From the NCBI GenBank assembly GCA_023898345.1, contig CP060218.1:413510-477509 (forward strand): DNA of 64,000 nucleotides, read 5' to 3'. The first letter of the stretch is position 1. Every line of letters starts with the position of its first letter. Source of the stretch: Candidatus Woesearchaeota archaeon (GTDB taxonomy: Archaea; Nanobdellota; Nanobdellia; Woesearchaeales; UBA583). The notes under the pieces were generated by a model. The model was not told the DNA's origin. It saw only the letters and a list, made by a program, of their open reading frames with translations, and did not search any database. A program made the translations under genes and the position numbers. Shown here piece after piece: positions 8,609-17,988 of this stretch.

Positions 8609-8983
8609 TTGAAAATAACTAAAAAAATTATGAATTGTTTCTTTACTCCTATCGGCACGTTCTTAAACAAGTTCTTCTTTTCTATTTTCATGGAAAAGGA
8701 TTCTCTTCTTTCTACGTATTATGATTTGGAACTTGATAAACTTGTTGAAGAAGTAAATGCAAAGAATTTTTCAAAAGTCGTTCTTCAATTTCCTGATGGC
8801 TTGAAGTATTATGCAAGAGAAGTTTTAGATGTTTTGGAAGCGCGTACAAAGGCTCAGTTCTTTGTTTACTTTGGTACTTGTTTTGGCGCTTGTGATGTTC
8901 CTCTTCACCTTAAGGAACTTGATTTTGATCTTTGTGTGCAGTGGGGTCATAGTGTGTATGTGAAGACAAAGGGAATGTGGTAG
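8609..8983 (+). CDS. dph2: Diphthamide synthase Dph2, N-terminal domain fragment (domain 1). The real start is probably the internal Met near 8690.
   Basis: VVLQFPDGLKYYAREV...FGACDV...LCVQWGHSVY aligns with the archaeal Dph2 N-terminus, up to the HLGHSYM region. Confidence 0.6.
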   Translation: MKITKKIMNCFFTPIGTFLNKFFFSIFMEKDSLLSTYYDLELDKLVEEVNAKNFSKVVLQFPDGLKYYAREVLDVLEARTKAQFFVYFGTCFGACDVPLHLKELDFDLCVQWGHSVYVKTKGMW

Positions 8984-9007
8984 CTTTTTTATGTAAAAGC
9001 TTTCTCA

Positions 9008-9622
9008 TTAATTAATGCCTAATAATAGTAAATTTAATCCAAAGGTAATTATTTCGGTGATTACATTTGTAATGAATGCCCAAAGCATGACAACTCCTAT
9101 TAGTTGCCAATTTCCTGTATTGAATTCTCTTTTGAATAAATAGAGTGATGTATTGATTTCTTTAAGGCCATAATAAATCATTGGGAGGAAAAGTAGGTAT
9201 GCGAGTGATGCATAGGTTGTTGAAACGAAACTTAGTGCCATTGCTAAAAGACTAATTCCTGCATAGGCTGTCAATAATGGTAAGTATAGATAAATCAAAA
9301 CGGTATAAAATTCAGTTACGGATAGGGTGGTTTTGAAAAACAATTTTGTGAAATAATATCCTCCAAATAAGAACAGGATGCCTAGTATTATATTTGGAAT
9401 AAGGAGAATTAAAAAGGTTAGTAATATGTTTAAACTCTTTTCAGTTGGAACAAGGTTATATAAGGTTACATATGAGGAAATTGATAGAACCAAGGTTAAA
9501 AAGAGATGTAAAAAAAGCATGGGGACCCATTCAAGTTTACTTAATTTTTCTTCAAATTTAGTAACTTGTTCGTCTGTCATTTTCCATTTGTATAAAGTTA
9601 TGGAGTCGAATAAATTAACCAT
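9008..9622 (-). CDS. Membrane protein (204 aa) encoded on the opposite strand between the two dph2 pieces
   Basis: Highly hydrophobic multi-TM ORF. Confidence 0.45.
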   Translation of the reverse strand: MVNLFDSITLYKWKMTDEQVTKFEEKLSKLEWVPMLFLHLFLTLVLSISSYVTLYNLVPTEKSLNILLTFLILLIPNIILGILFLFGGYYFTKLFFKTTLSVTEFYTVLIYLYLPLLTAYAGISLLAMALSFVSTTYASLAYLLFLPMIYYGLKEINTSLYLFKREFNTGNWQLIGVVMLWAFITNVITEIITFGLNLLLLGIN

Positions 9623-9689
9623 TGTAGGGAGTTTAGCAATTTATCTTTTGAAATAAATTCTGTGCTCTTTTTGAGTAGTTAGGAAGGCA

Positions 9690-10487
9690 TTGAATAGTGG
9701 TGTGGTTTACGTGTGTGTCTCTCTTTTTATCGTACAAGTTTATAAGTTTTTTGAGCTTTCCTTTTTTATGAACTTGCGTTTTCTCAAAGCTTCTATTGAA
9801 ATTGATTTTCAAATTCCCGTCGATTTTACGGACTTACTCAAAACTACTTTTGAAAAAGGAAACACAAAAAATCTGGCTTTGTTCAGCGCTGTGCAGTTTA
9901 GGAAGCATCACGATGAAGTTTCTGGAATCTTAAAGGAACACGGTTTTACTTCGCAAACTTCACAACCTTTTCGGACAAGTATTGAGGGGCAACTTTTGGG
10001 TTGTGATTCTCATAAGGCTGCTTTGAAAATGGATTTAAGCGAGATTGATGGCTTTGTGTATATTGGTGATGGCTACTTTCATCCTCAGGCACTTCTTCTT
10101 GCTCAGGAATTCGAGGATGAGATTAAACCTGTTCTTATTCTTAATCCTGTTCAAAATATGTGTGAGATTCTCTCTCGTGAACATATTGAAAAATATCTTT
10201 CGAAAAAGAAAGCAACTTTGGCGGCTTTTCATTTAGCAGACCAGGTTGGTGTTTTTGTAACGACGAAATGGGGTCAGGAATATCTGCAATCTGCACTTAA
10301 GCTCAAAGAAATGTATCCTCAAAAGACTTTTTCTTATTTTGTTGGAGACAATTTTCTTGATGCTGAACAAGAGAACTTTCCCTTTGTCCAGTGCTGGGTC
10401 AATACTGCCTGTCCGCGAATTGGGCAAGATGATATTTTACGGCACAAAAAGCCGACGGTGAACCTACGTGATGTTTGGCTGGAGTGA
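9690..10487 (+). CDS. dph2: Dph2 C-terminal fragment (domains 2-3). The real start is probably an internal Met near 9768.
   Basis: QLLGCDSH, FVYIGDGYFHP and WVNTACPRIGQDD correspond to Dph2 domains 2 and 3 with their cluster cysteines. Confidence 0.6.
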   Translation: MNSGVVYVCVSLFIVQVYKFFELSFFMNLRFLKASIEIDFQIPVDFTDLLKTTFEKGNTKNLALFSAVQFRKHHDEVSGILKEHGFTSQTSQPFRTSIEGQLLGCDSHKAALKMDLSEIDGFVYIGDGYFHPQALLLAQEFEDEIKPVLILNPVQNMCEILSREHIEKYLSKKKATLAAFHLADQVGVFVTTKWGQEYLQSALKLKEMYPQKTFSYFVGDNFLDAEQENFPFVQCWVNTACPRIGQDDILRHKKPTVNLRDVWLE

Positions 10488-10538
10488 AGTTTTTGGAGCA
10501 TAGCTTTTTTAAAGGCATCTCTAATTGCACTCTTTGGA

Positions 10539-11957
10539 ATGGAAAGTTTTACAAAAATTGTAGCGACTTTGGGACCTGCCTGTGATACGGTAGAGGGAAT
10601 TGAAAAGCTTAGAAAGGCTGGCTTGAATGTTGCAAGGCTTAATTTTTCTCATGGGAGTCATGATTACTTTAGAAAGGTTATTGCAAATATTAGAAAAGTC
10701 GATACTAATATTGCAATTCTTCTTGACACAAAGGGTCCGGAAATTCGAACGGGGGATTATGAAAGCGGTTCTTTGACACTTGACTTACACGAAAAAATTC
10801 TTCTTTCAAATAAGCCAATGAAGGAAAAGCATATTCTTATTCAGTATCCGCATTTGCTTACGGTTAGTGAAGGGACAGAAATTCTTATTGACGACGGACT
10901 TGTTGAGGTTAGGGTTCTTAAAGTAGAGAAAGACCACCTTGTCGCACGTGTTGAAAATTCTGCAGTCCTTGGTTCGCGTAAAACTGTTACTATTCGTAAC
11001 CACCAGACAAAGATTCCTTTTTTGAGTCAGAAAGACAAGGAAGATATTGAATTTGGAATTGAGCAAAATTTAGATTTTATTGCAGCATCTTTTGTTAGGG
11101 AAGTTGAGGACCTTGAGCAGATTGAAGCGATTTTGAAAAAGCACAATTCAAGTATTAAGATTATTTCTAAGATTGAACATCCGCGTGCTATTGAAAATCT
11201 TGACAAGATTATTGAGAAGTCTTTTGGGATTATGGTTGCTCGTGGTGATTTGGGTGTTGAACTTCCTGCTGAAAAAGTTCCTGAGTACCAGAGTTATATT
11301 ATTGAGAAATGTAATTTTTTTGGTAAGCCTGTTATTGTTGCAACTCAAATGCTTGAGAGCATGAAATCTGAGCCGCGTCCGACAAGGGCAGAGGTTGCTG
11401 ATGTTGCTAATGCTGTTCGTGAAGGTGCTGATGCTGTTATGCTTAGTGGAGAGACGGCAAATGGAAAGCATCCGCACAAAGCTGTACAAACTATGAACCG
11501 TATTGCTCATGAGTACCAAGATAAAATTCGAGTTAACTTAAGGGATCTTATGGAGAAAACTGCAAAAAAAAGTGAAACGAGTTCTTTGTATATGACAAAG
11601 GCAGCGTACGAAGCAACTCTTCATCTTCCTATTAAGGCAATCTTTGCTCCGACGGAAAGTGGTTTTACAGCAAGAAATATTTCTCGTTTCAGGCCTCAGT
11701 GTCCTATTTATGCGATAACTTCTGATGAAAAGGTTCACAGACAACTTCAACTTTCTTGGGGTGTCTTTCCTCTTATGAATGATTCTAAAGCAAAAAGCCA
11801 CGATGCTTGTGTAAACAAAACTGTTAAGGCATGCTTTGAAAAGAAGGAGCTTAAGAATGACGATAGTTTGCTTGTTCTCTCTGGACACGTCTCTGGAAAG
11901 AGTGGTATGACAAACATGCTTGAGATTTACAGGACAGAAGATATTTTGAAAAGATAA
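10539..11957 (+). CDS. pyk: Pyruvate kinase
   Basis: The N-terminus TKIVATLGPACDT...NVARLNFSHGSH and the MVARGDLG motif. Confidence 0.9.
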   Translation: MESFTKIVATLGPACDTVEGIEKLRKAGLNVARLNFSHGSHDYFRKVIANIRKVDTNIAILLDTKGPEIRTGDYESGSLTLDLHEKILLSNKPMKEKHILIQYPHLLTVSEGTEILIDDGLVEVRVLKVEKDHLVARVENSAVLGSRKTVTIRNHQTKIPFLSQKDKEDIEFGIEQNLDFIAASFVREVEDLEQIEAILKKHNSSIKIISKIEHPRAIENLDKIIEKSFGIMVARGDLGVELPAEKVPEYQSYIIEKCNFFGKPVIVATQMLESMKSEPRPTRAEVADVANAVREGADAVMLSGETANGKHPHKAVQTMNRIAHEYQDKIRVNLRDLMEKTAKKSETSSLYMTKAAYEATLHLPIKAIFAPTESGFTARNISRFRPQCPIYAITSDEKVHRQLQLSWGVFPLMNDSKAKSHDACVNKTVKACFEKKELKNDDSLLVLSGHVSGKSGMTNMLEIYRTEDILKR

Positions 11958-12009
11958 CTTTACTCCTAATAAGGGAAGAAGTTAAAAAAAGAACTTCTTT
12001 CTTCTTTTC

Positions 12010-13086
12010 ATGGAATTTGAAATTACTCCCAGGACGCTTCCTTATTTCTTAGAGTTGGAGAGATTGTCTTCACTTCTGAACGATAAGCTTTTTGATGCGT
12101 ACAGGCCAGTTGCTCTTCCTAGGGAGCTTCTTTCTTTTTCCGAGCCCTTGAGGACATTTGTACAAAGAAAAAGACAAACTCTCCAAGGGCTTCTTCAGAA
12201 CTTTTCTTTAGATTTTTCTTCCTTATTGGATACTTTGTATGGAAACTTTGCTACTAACTTTAATCTTGAGCTTTTTTTTGCATCTGAAAGAAGTCTTAAG
12301 CGTTTAGGTAATCCTTATTTTAGTTCTTTATTTTCACAGTACGATCCTTTTGAACAAAGTTTGCCTCTGAGTTTTTTCTCTTCTCTGGATACTTTCCTTG
12401 CTGATTGTACGGAGTCTTTACCTTTAACTCAAACTTCTCATACTGCTCCTTTTACGCTTCCTTTTACCTGCTTCTATACTGGTGAGGATGATGGAGAAAT
12501 TTTGATTGATGGTGTAAAGTCGGGAGATCTTTTTTTGCCTTTTGAGGATCCTTTTTTTTTAGATGCAAGAACTCTTCTAGAATCTTCTGAAAATGACACT
12601 CTTTTTGCTTTGGTTAATACTTTTCATGATTGGAGAAGGGACGACTCAACCTCCACTTCTGATTTTAATCTCTATCTTCTTAGAGCTCTTTCTCTTCATT
12701 TGGATCCTACGTACCAGAAGAAAGCTCTTTTGGAAACTTATTCAGATTCAGAATTACTTGTTACCTTAAAATTTGATGGGCGTATGTTTGGAGATGCAAA
12801 GCTTGTTTTTAATTATATAGAAGATATGGTTAACGCTTCTTTGCTTAGAGCTTATTCTTCTGGAGAGGCTTATTCTGCTAAGGCTACTTCAAATCGGAGG
12901 GCAAGGGATCTCATTGATGAAACTGCAATTTCTCTTGAGGAAGAGGGCTTTTATCCCTATTTAGTTCTTGAAACTCTTTTATCTTCTTCTACAAATAGAG
13001 AGGAAACAGCACAAGCCCTTAATGGAATTTATCACACTTTGTCTTCTCTTCTTGAACTTAGTTGGAGAAAGTCTTCTCGCTATTGA
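12010..13086 (+). CDS. Hypothetical protein, Ser/Leu/Phe-rich (358 aa)
   Basis: Long uninterrupted ORF with no competing frame on either strand. Composition is atypical (K-poor) relative to its neighbours. Confidence 0.45.
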   Translation: MEFEITPRTLPYFLELERLSSLLNDKLFDAYRPVALPRELLSFSEPLRTFVQRKRQTLQGLLQNFSLDFSSLLDTLYGNFATNFNLELFFASERSLKRLGNPYFSSLFSQYDPFEQSLPLSFFSSLDTFLADCTESLPLTQTSHTAPFTLPFTCFYTGEDDGEILIDGVKSGDLFLPFEDPFFLDARTLLESSENDTLFALVNTFHDWRRDDSTSTSDFNLYLLRALSLHLDPTYQKKALLETYSDSELLVTLKFDGRMFGDAKLVFNYIEDMVNASLLRAYSSGEAYSAKATSNRRARDLIDETAISLEEEGFYPYLVLETLLSSSTNREETAQALNGIYHTLSSLLELSWRKSSRY

Positions 13087-13145
13087 AGAAAAAATATCGC
13101 ACTTGTAAAAACTTATAAAGAAAGCATAGCCCTGCTTTTTTTTAG

Positions 13146-13841
13146 ATGGCACTTTACATCATGTCCGTTGGCGGTTCCCTCATTGTTCCTGAGGAAATAG
13201 ATACTGAGTTTCTTGCTTCTTTCAAGCAGTTTATTATTAAGAGAATTGAGAAAGGAGATAGGTTTATTCTTATTGCTGGAGGGGGCAAAACCTGCAGAAA
13301 ATATCAAAAAGCAGCAGCTGAAGTTGCAGGTATAGATAATGAAGAAAAAGACTGGCTTGGTATTCATTCATCAAGGCTTAATGGGCATCTTCTTAGAACA
13401 ATTTTCAAGTTACATGCTCATCCAAAGCTTGTCACAAACTATGACCTTGACCTTAAGGAGATTGGAACTGAATTTAGGGAAAATATTCTTGTAGGGGCAG
13501 GATGGAAACCTGGCTGGTCGACGGACTATGACGCTGTTCTTATGGCAAAACAATTTGGAGCTACAACAATTATTAATCTTTCAAATATTGATTATGTTTA
13601 CACTGATGATCCTCGTGTGAATCCTGAGGCTCAAAAACTTGAAAACATTAAATGGAAGGAGTTTCAGGCGATGATTGGAAGTAAGTGGGATCCGGGGATG
13701 AATGCTCCTTTTGACCCAATTGCAAGTAAGGAAGCAGCTGCAAATAATTACACTGTTGCTATTCTTAATGGGAAAAATCTTGCAAATATCTACAATTTTA
13801 TGGAAGGAAAAAAGTTTAAGGGTACTATTATTAAAAATTAG
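13146..13841 (+). CDS. pyrH: Uridylate (UMP) kinase, archaeal type
   Basis: GGSLIVPE, IAGGGKTCRKY and GWKPGWSTDYDAV...NIDYVYTDDPRVNP match archaeal PyrH. Confidence 0.8.
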   Translation: MALYIMSVGGSLIVPEEIDTEFLASFKQFIIKRIEKGDRFILIAGGGKTCRKYQKAAAEVAGIDNEEKDWLGIHSSRLNGHLLRTIFKLHAHPKLVTNYDLDLKEIGTEFRENILVGAGWKPGWSTDYDAVLMAKQFGATTIINLSNIDYVYTDDPRVNPEAQKLENIKWKEFQAMIGSKWDPGMNAPFDPIASKEAAANNYTVAILNGKNLANIYNFMEGKKFKGTIIKN

Positions 13842-13844
13842 TTT

Positions 13845-14147
13845 TTACTCAAATCCTTTTTTACGGAAATGCTTTACAAATTCTGTATTGAGTGCGTCAA
13901 AGTTACACTGAGGATTATTTGTGATTGTTCTTAGATTGTATATGACTCGAAAATTTATGGCTGCTGGTTTTTCTTCAACGTGAAAGTCTTGTAATTCATG
14001 TTTTTTTATGAGGTGCATGACGAGATCGGCAAAATGTCTTCTTTGCTCTTCATTTTCATACTTTATAAGAAATGTGTGTGCGATTGATTTTGGTTCTGGG
14101 TCACGGATGGTTGGGTTTTTGTCGTTCTCGGGGAATTCTACACTCAT
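13845..14147 (-). CDS. Hypothetical protein (100 aa) co-transcribed downstream of srp54
   Basis: Its ATG overlaps the srp54 TGA stop (ATGA at 14144-14147). Confidence 0.45.
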   Translation of the reverse strand: MSVEFPENDKNPTIRDPEPKSIAHTFLIKYENEEQRRHFADLVMHLIKKHELQDFHVEEKPAAINFRVIYNLRTITNNPQCNFDALNTEFVKHFRKKGFE

Positions 14148-15553
14148 CGTCTTGCACCTTTCATCATTTTTTTGAGGTCTTTTTGTTTCATTCCCATTTG
14201 CTTCATCATCTTCATCATGTCTTGAGGATTCTTCATGTTCTCCATGTCCATATCTTCCATATCACTTGGATTTTTGAACATGTGCATCATTTTCTTCATT
14301 TGCTTGAATTGTTTGAGTAATTCGCGTACGTCAGAAGCATCTGTTCCTGATCCGCTGGCGATTCTTCGTGTTCTTGAAAAGTCAATTTCTTCAGGATGTT
14401 TTTTTTCATAGGCAGTCATTGAATCCATTACGTAACCCCAGACTTTTAATTTTTGTTCTTGAACGGAGAGTTGTGACTTATCTATGTTCATTCCGCCAAG
14501 TCCTGGAATCATAGAGATAAGCTTTGACATGGATCCCATTTTTTTCATTGCTTTGAGTTGTTCGTACATGTCATTCAAGTCAAATTTTCCGGACATGAAT
14601 CTTTCTTGCATGTCTTGTGCTTTGTTTTCGTCAAGGGCTAATTTTGCTTTTTCTAGAAGGGCTTCTAAATCTCCCATTCCTAAGAGCTCTGATACAAATC
14701 TTTCTGAATTAAAGCGCTCAAACTCGTCAATTTTTTCTCCAACTCCTATGAAACGTACGGGCGCCTCAACAACGGCACAGGCAGACAAAGCTCCTCCTCC
14801 TTTTCCGGTTCCGTCCATTTTTGTTATGATGACTCCGTTTATGTCAAGGCGTTCTTTGAACATTTGTGCTTGCTTTTGGGCTGTCTGTCCAACATCTGCT
14901 CCGAGAACAAGGAAAGTGTCTGTCGGCTGTGCAATTTCGTTGAGTTTTGAGATTTCTTCTACGAGTTCGTCGTTGAGGAAGTCTCTGCCGGCACTGTCGA
15001 TGATAACAAGAGAATATTTTTCTAGTTGGGCTTTGAATTTTTCATAAATAGCAACGGGATCTTTTTCTTGTGGGTCTGTGTATACATCGATTTCGGCTTG
15101 TTTTCCTAATTGTTGTAATTGCTCGCCTGCTGCTGGACGCCAGGTGTCTGTGGAAAGAAGAGCCACTTTTTGTGAACGTTTCTTGAAGTAATGTCCAAGC
15201 TTTGCCGCCGTTGTCGTCTTTCCTTGTCCGTAGAGTCCTACTAGGAGTAAGCGATTTTGTTTGTCTTCTTTTAACGTAAATTCCTCTCCTTGACCTAGAA
15301 AGGAACTCAGCTCTTCATAAATAATTGTAATTAAATGCTCTTTTTTATTCAATCCTTTTGTGTTTTCAGAAACTGCTCTGTCCCGTATTTTTTTACTTAA
15401 TTCGAGAACGAGGCGGACATTGACGTCTGAACTGAGTAGTGATTTCTGAATTTCTTTGACGACTTCTTCAACTAGTGTTCTGTCGACTGTGAGGGAGTTT
15501 TTAATTTTTGAAAGTGTGTGCTTCAAAGAATCGCCTAATTTGTCCAGAACCAT
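14144..15553 (-). CDS. srp54: Signal recognition particle protein SRP54
   Basis: NG GTPase domain (GLYGQGKTTTAAKL, DTAGR) plus a Met-rich M-domain tail. Confidence 0.9.
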   Translation of the reverse strand: MVLDKLGDSLKHTLSKIKNSLTVDRTLVEEVVKEIQKSLLSSDVNVRLVLELSKKIRDRAVSENTKGLNKKEHLITIIYEELSSFLGQGEEFTLKEDKQNRLLLVGLYGQGKTTTAAKLGHYFKKRSQKVALLSTDTWRPAAGEQLQQLGKQAEIDVYTDPQEKDPVAIYEKFKAQLEKYSLVIIDSAGRDFLNDELVEEISKLNEIAQPTDTFLVLGADVGQTAQKQAQMFKERLDINGVIITKMDGTGKGGGALSACAVVEAPVRFIGVGEKIDEFERFNSERFVSELLGMGDLEALLEKAKLALDENKAQDMQERFMSGKFDLNDMYEQLKAMKKMGSMSKLISMIPGLGGMNIDKSQLSVQEQKLKVWGYVMDSMTAYEKKHPEEIDFSRTRRIASGSGTDASDVRELLKQFKQMKKMMHMFKNPSDMEDMDMENMKNPQDMMKMMKQMGMKQKDLKKMMKGARR

Positions 15554-15603
15554 GGAAGGGTCAAAAAGAACAGATTTATAAAATTTGTTAAACTTGTGCC
15601 AAA

Positions 15604-15954
15604 ATGGCAGATGAGTACAAACAAGTCATTCTTGTTAGAAATGATTTGAAAATGTCTAAGGGAAAGACTGCGGCTCAAGTTGCACATGCTGCAGTCGAGG
15701 CTGTTCTTAGGTCCCCGAAACAGGAGCTTTTTCTTTGGCGTGAATCTGGTATGAAGAAGATTACTCTGAAAGTGTCGTCTGAAAAGGAACTTTTTATGTT
15801 CTTACAAAGAGCAAAGGACATGGGACTTACAACGGCGCTTATCACTGATGCAGGTCACACTGAACTTGAACCGAATACGAGGACTTGTTTGGCGATTGGT
15901 CCTGACAAAGAAAAATCTATTGATTCGATAACAAAAACTCTTTCACCTCTCTGA
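15604..15954 (+). CDS. pth2: Peptidyl-tRNA hydrolase, archaeal/eukaryotic type (Pth2)
   Basis: KQVILVRNDLKMSKGKTAAQVAHAAVEA...LITDAGHTE. Confidence 0.85.
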   Translation: MADEYKQVILVRNDLKMSKGKTAAQVAHAAVEAVLRSPKQELFLWRESGMKKITLKVSSEKELFMFLQRAKDMGLTTALITDAGHTELEPNTRTCLAIGPDKEKSIDSITKTLSPL

Positions 15955-15957
15955 AAA

Positions 15958-16557
15958 ATGGATTATACAACAAAAATACTCACAACGGGATTGCTTGTTC
16001 CCATACTTTCTTTTTCTGGCGGCTGTGCACAGCTGAAACTTTTGGATGCTGCTTGTAAAGAGTCTCCTTTAGTTGAAGCAATTTATGAACATACTATGCA
16101 TAATCCTGCTGCACAGTGTAGCTCTTTTGGATTTAAACAGCAGATGTGTAGGCTTACTTTTAGTTATAGTAATGATGATGGTCTTGAGGATTTGCCTTTT
16201 TCAGTACCTGAAACAAAAGGTTTTCTTATTGCTTCTAACAATGTTCTTTATGGAAGAAAATCTCTTGGGATCTTCAAACAAGATGATGCTCAAAACTCGG
16301 AGATGGGGCTTTGTCTTGTCTATAGGGTAGAAGATGGTTCTGGAAATTTTCAGACTGCTCCTGATTTTGCAGAGACGGGCACACTTGAATCTTGCCTAAA
16401 GAAGTTTCACGAAATACGTGAAAGCTCTACTTCTTCTCCACAAAGTCTTGATACAGAAAGATTTGAAAAGTGGGGAGGGGCTGATTTTGTCCTGCAGATG
16501 TTGAAAGGAATTCTTGACCCGATTCATTCATATCTTGCTGGGCTTCAAAATAAGTAA
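15958..16557 (+). CDS. Putative lipoprotein, function unknown
   Basis: Signal peptide with a lipobox-like LSFSGGC. Confidence 0.45.
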   Translation: MDYTTKILTTGLLVPILSFSGGCAQLKLLDAACKESPLVEAIYEHTMHNPAAQCSSFGFKQQMCRLTFSYSNDDGLEDLPFSVPETKGFLIASNNVLYGRKSLGIFKQDDAQNSEMGLCLVYRVEDGSGNFQTAPDFAETGTLESCLKKFHEIRESSTSSPQSLDTERFEKWGGADFVLQMLKGILDPIHSYLAGLQNK

Positions 16558-16588
16558 ATATATAAATACTCTTTCTTTGGCAAGCATA

Positions 16589-17647
16589 ATGGACATTCCT
16601 TCATTTTTAGCTACAAACTATTTTGGGAATAGTGTGCAGGGCTACATTTTGGCGCTCTTGATTACTGGAATTGCAATGGTTCTTTTTGTTCTTTTCAAGC
16701 AGATTATTATTGGGAGAATTGAGGCCTTTAGCAAAACGACAAAAACAAAGATTGATGATAGGATTGTTGAAGTTCTTAATCATATTAACTGGCCTTTTTA
16801 TGTTGTTCTTCCTGTCTATCTTGGATTTAGAACTTTAACTCTTTCTGGTCCTTTTTTAAGAATATTTGATTTGCTTCTTGCGGTAGTTATTGTGTATTAT
16901 GTCATAAAGGTCCTTGATATTATTATGAATATTGGAGCTGAAATGTACATTGTGAAGCATCAGGAAAAGGATAGGACTTTTGATAGGTCTTTTGTTGATA
17001 TTATTCGAGTTGTTGTTAGAATTCTTCTTTGGGTTATTGGTATTCTTTTTGTTCTTGATAATTTAGGTATTGAGATTACACCGCTTCTTACTGGACTTGG
17101 AATTGGTGGTATTGCTGTTGCTTTTGCGCTGCAAAGTGTTCTTGCGGACATTTTTGCTTATTTTACGATTCAATCTGATAAACCTTTCAAGATTGGAGAT
17201 TTTATTATTATTGGTACTGATATGGGAACTGTCAAGTATATTGGAATAAAATCTACTCGTATTCAAACACTCCAGGGGCAGGAACTTGTTGTTTCAAACA
17301 GGGAATTGACGGATGTTAGAATAAATAATTATAAGCGTATGAAGAAAAGAAGGATTGTTTTTTCTATTGGTGTTGTGTATGAAACTCCTACAAAGAAACT
17401 TCATAAAATTCTTGAGATTTTAAAGGATGCTTGTGCTGCTCAGGAAAAGGTAACTGTTGATAGGGTCCACTTTGCAAAATTTGGTGCTTATAGTTTGGAC
17501 TATGAAGTTGTTTATTATCTTGATTCTTCTGATTATAATGAGTATATGACTACTCAGCAAAACATAAATTTTGCAATTAGAGAAGCTTTTGAAAAAGAAA
17601 AGATTGATATGGCGTTTCCAACTCAGACTATTTATGTCAATAAGTAG
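16589..17647 (+). CDS. Mechanosensitive ion channel, MscS family
   Basis: N-terminal TM helices and the conserved MscS beta domain (IGDFIIIGTDMGTVKYIGIKSTRIQTLQGQELVVSN). Start taken at the internal Met after the upstream ORF ends. Confidence 0.75.
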   Translation: MDIPSFLATNYFGNSVQGYILALLITGIAMVLFVLFKQIIIGRIEAFSKTTKTKIDDRIVEVLNHINWPFYVVLPVYLGFRTLTLSGPFLRIFDLLLAVVIVYYVIKVLDIIMNIGAEMYIVKHQEKDRTFDRSFVDIIRVVVRILLWVIGILFVLDNLGIEITPLLTGLGIGGIAVAFALQSVLADIFAYFTIQSDKPFKIGDFIIIGTDMGTVKYIGIKSTRIQTLQGQELVVSNRELTDVRINNYKRMKKRRIVFSIGVVYETPTKKLHKILEILKDACAAQEKVTVDRVHFAKFGAYSLDYEVVYYLDSSDYNEYMTTQQNINFAIREAFEKEKIDMAFPTQTIYVNK

Positions 17648-17988
17648 TTTGTTTTGAGCGTTTTTTGTTTTCTTTTTGTCTCATCTCAACTTCCTCGTTC
17701 GCTATATGGTGTTTTTGAAGTTAAAAACTTCTGCGGAGCACTATATGCTTTTCACTAGGGGGTTTTTCTTTTCAAAATTTTTTTGGGATATTTTAAATCA
17801 TTTTTTTTAGGTTAAGAAATTATTTTAACTCATAAACTATGGATGCAGTGAAACGAAGGTGGAGGTTACGTGGTAGAAAAATTGAAGATCCTTTTCGAAA
17901 GAGTGGTATTTTGTATGCTCATATACTTTCTCACTCATCATTGAATAAAGGAACGAAAGTAATTTTGAACTAAAGCTTAGCTTGTACT

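Noticed and set aside
14484-15047. 187-aa plus-strand ORF
   Set aside because: Antisense to srp54, whose GTPase motifs are unambiguous.
17900-17960. TGATGA (box C-like) on the minus strand; considered a C/D box sRNA
   Set aside because: No matching box D (CTGA) or C'/D' arrangement at the appropriate spacing.
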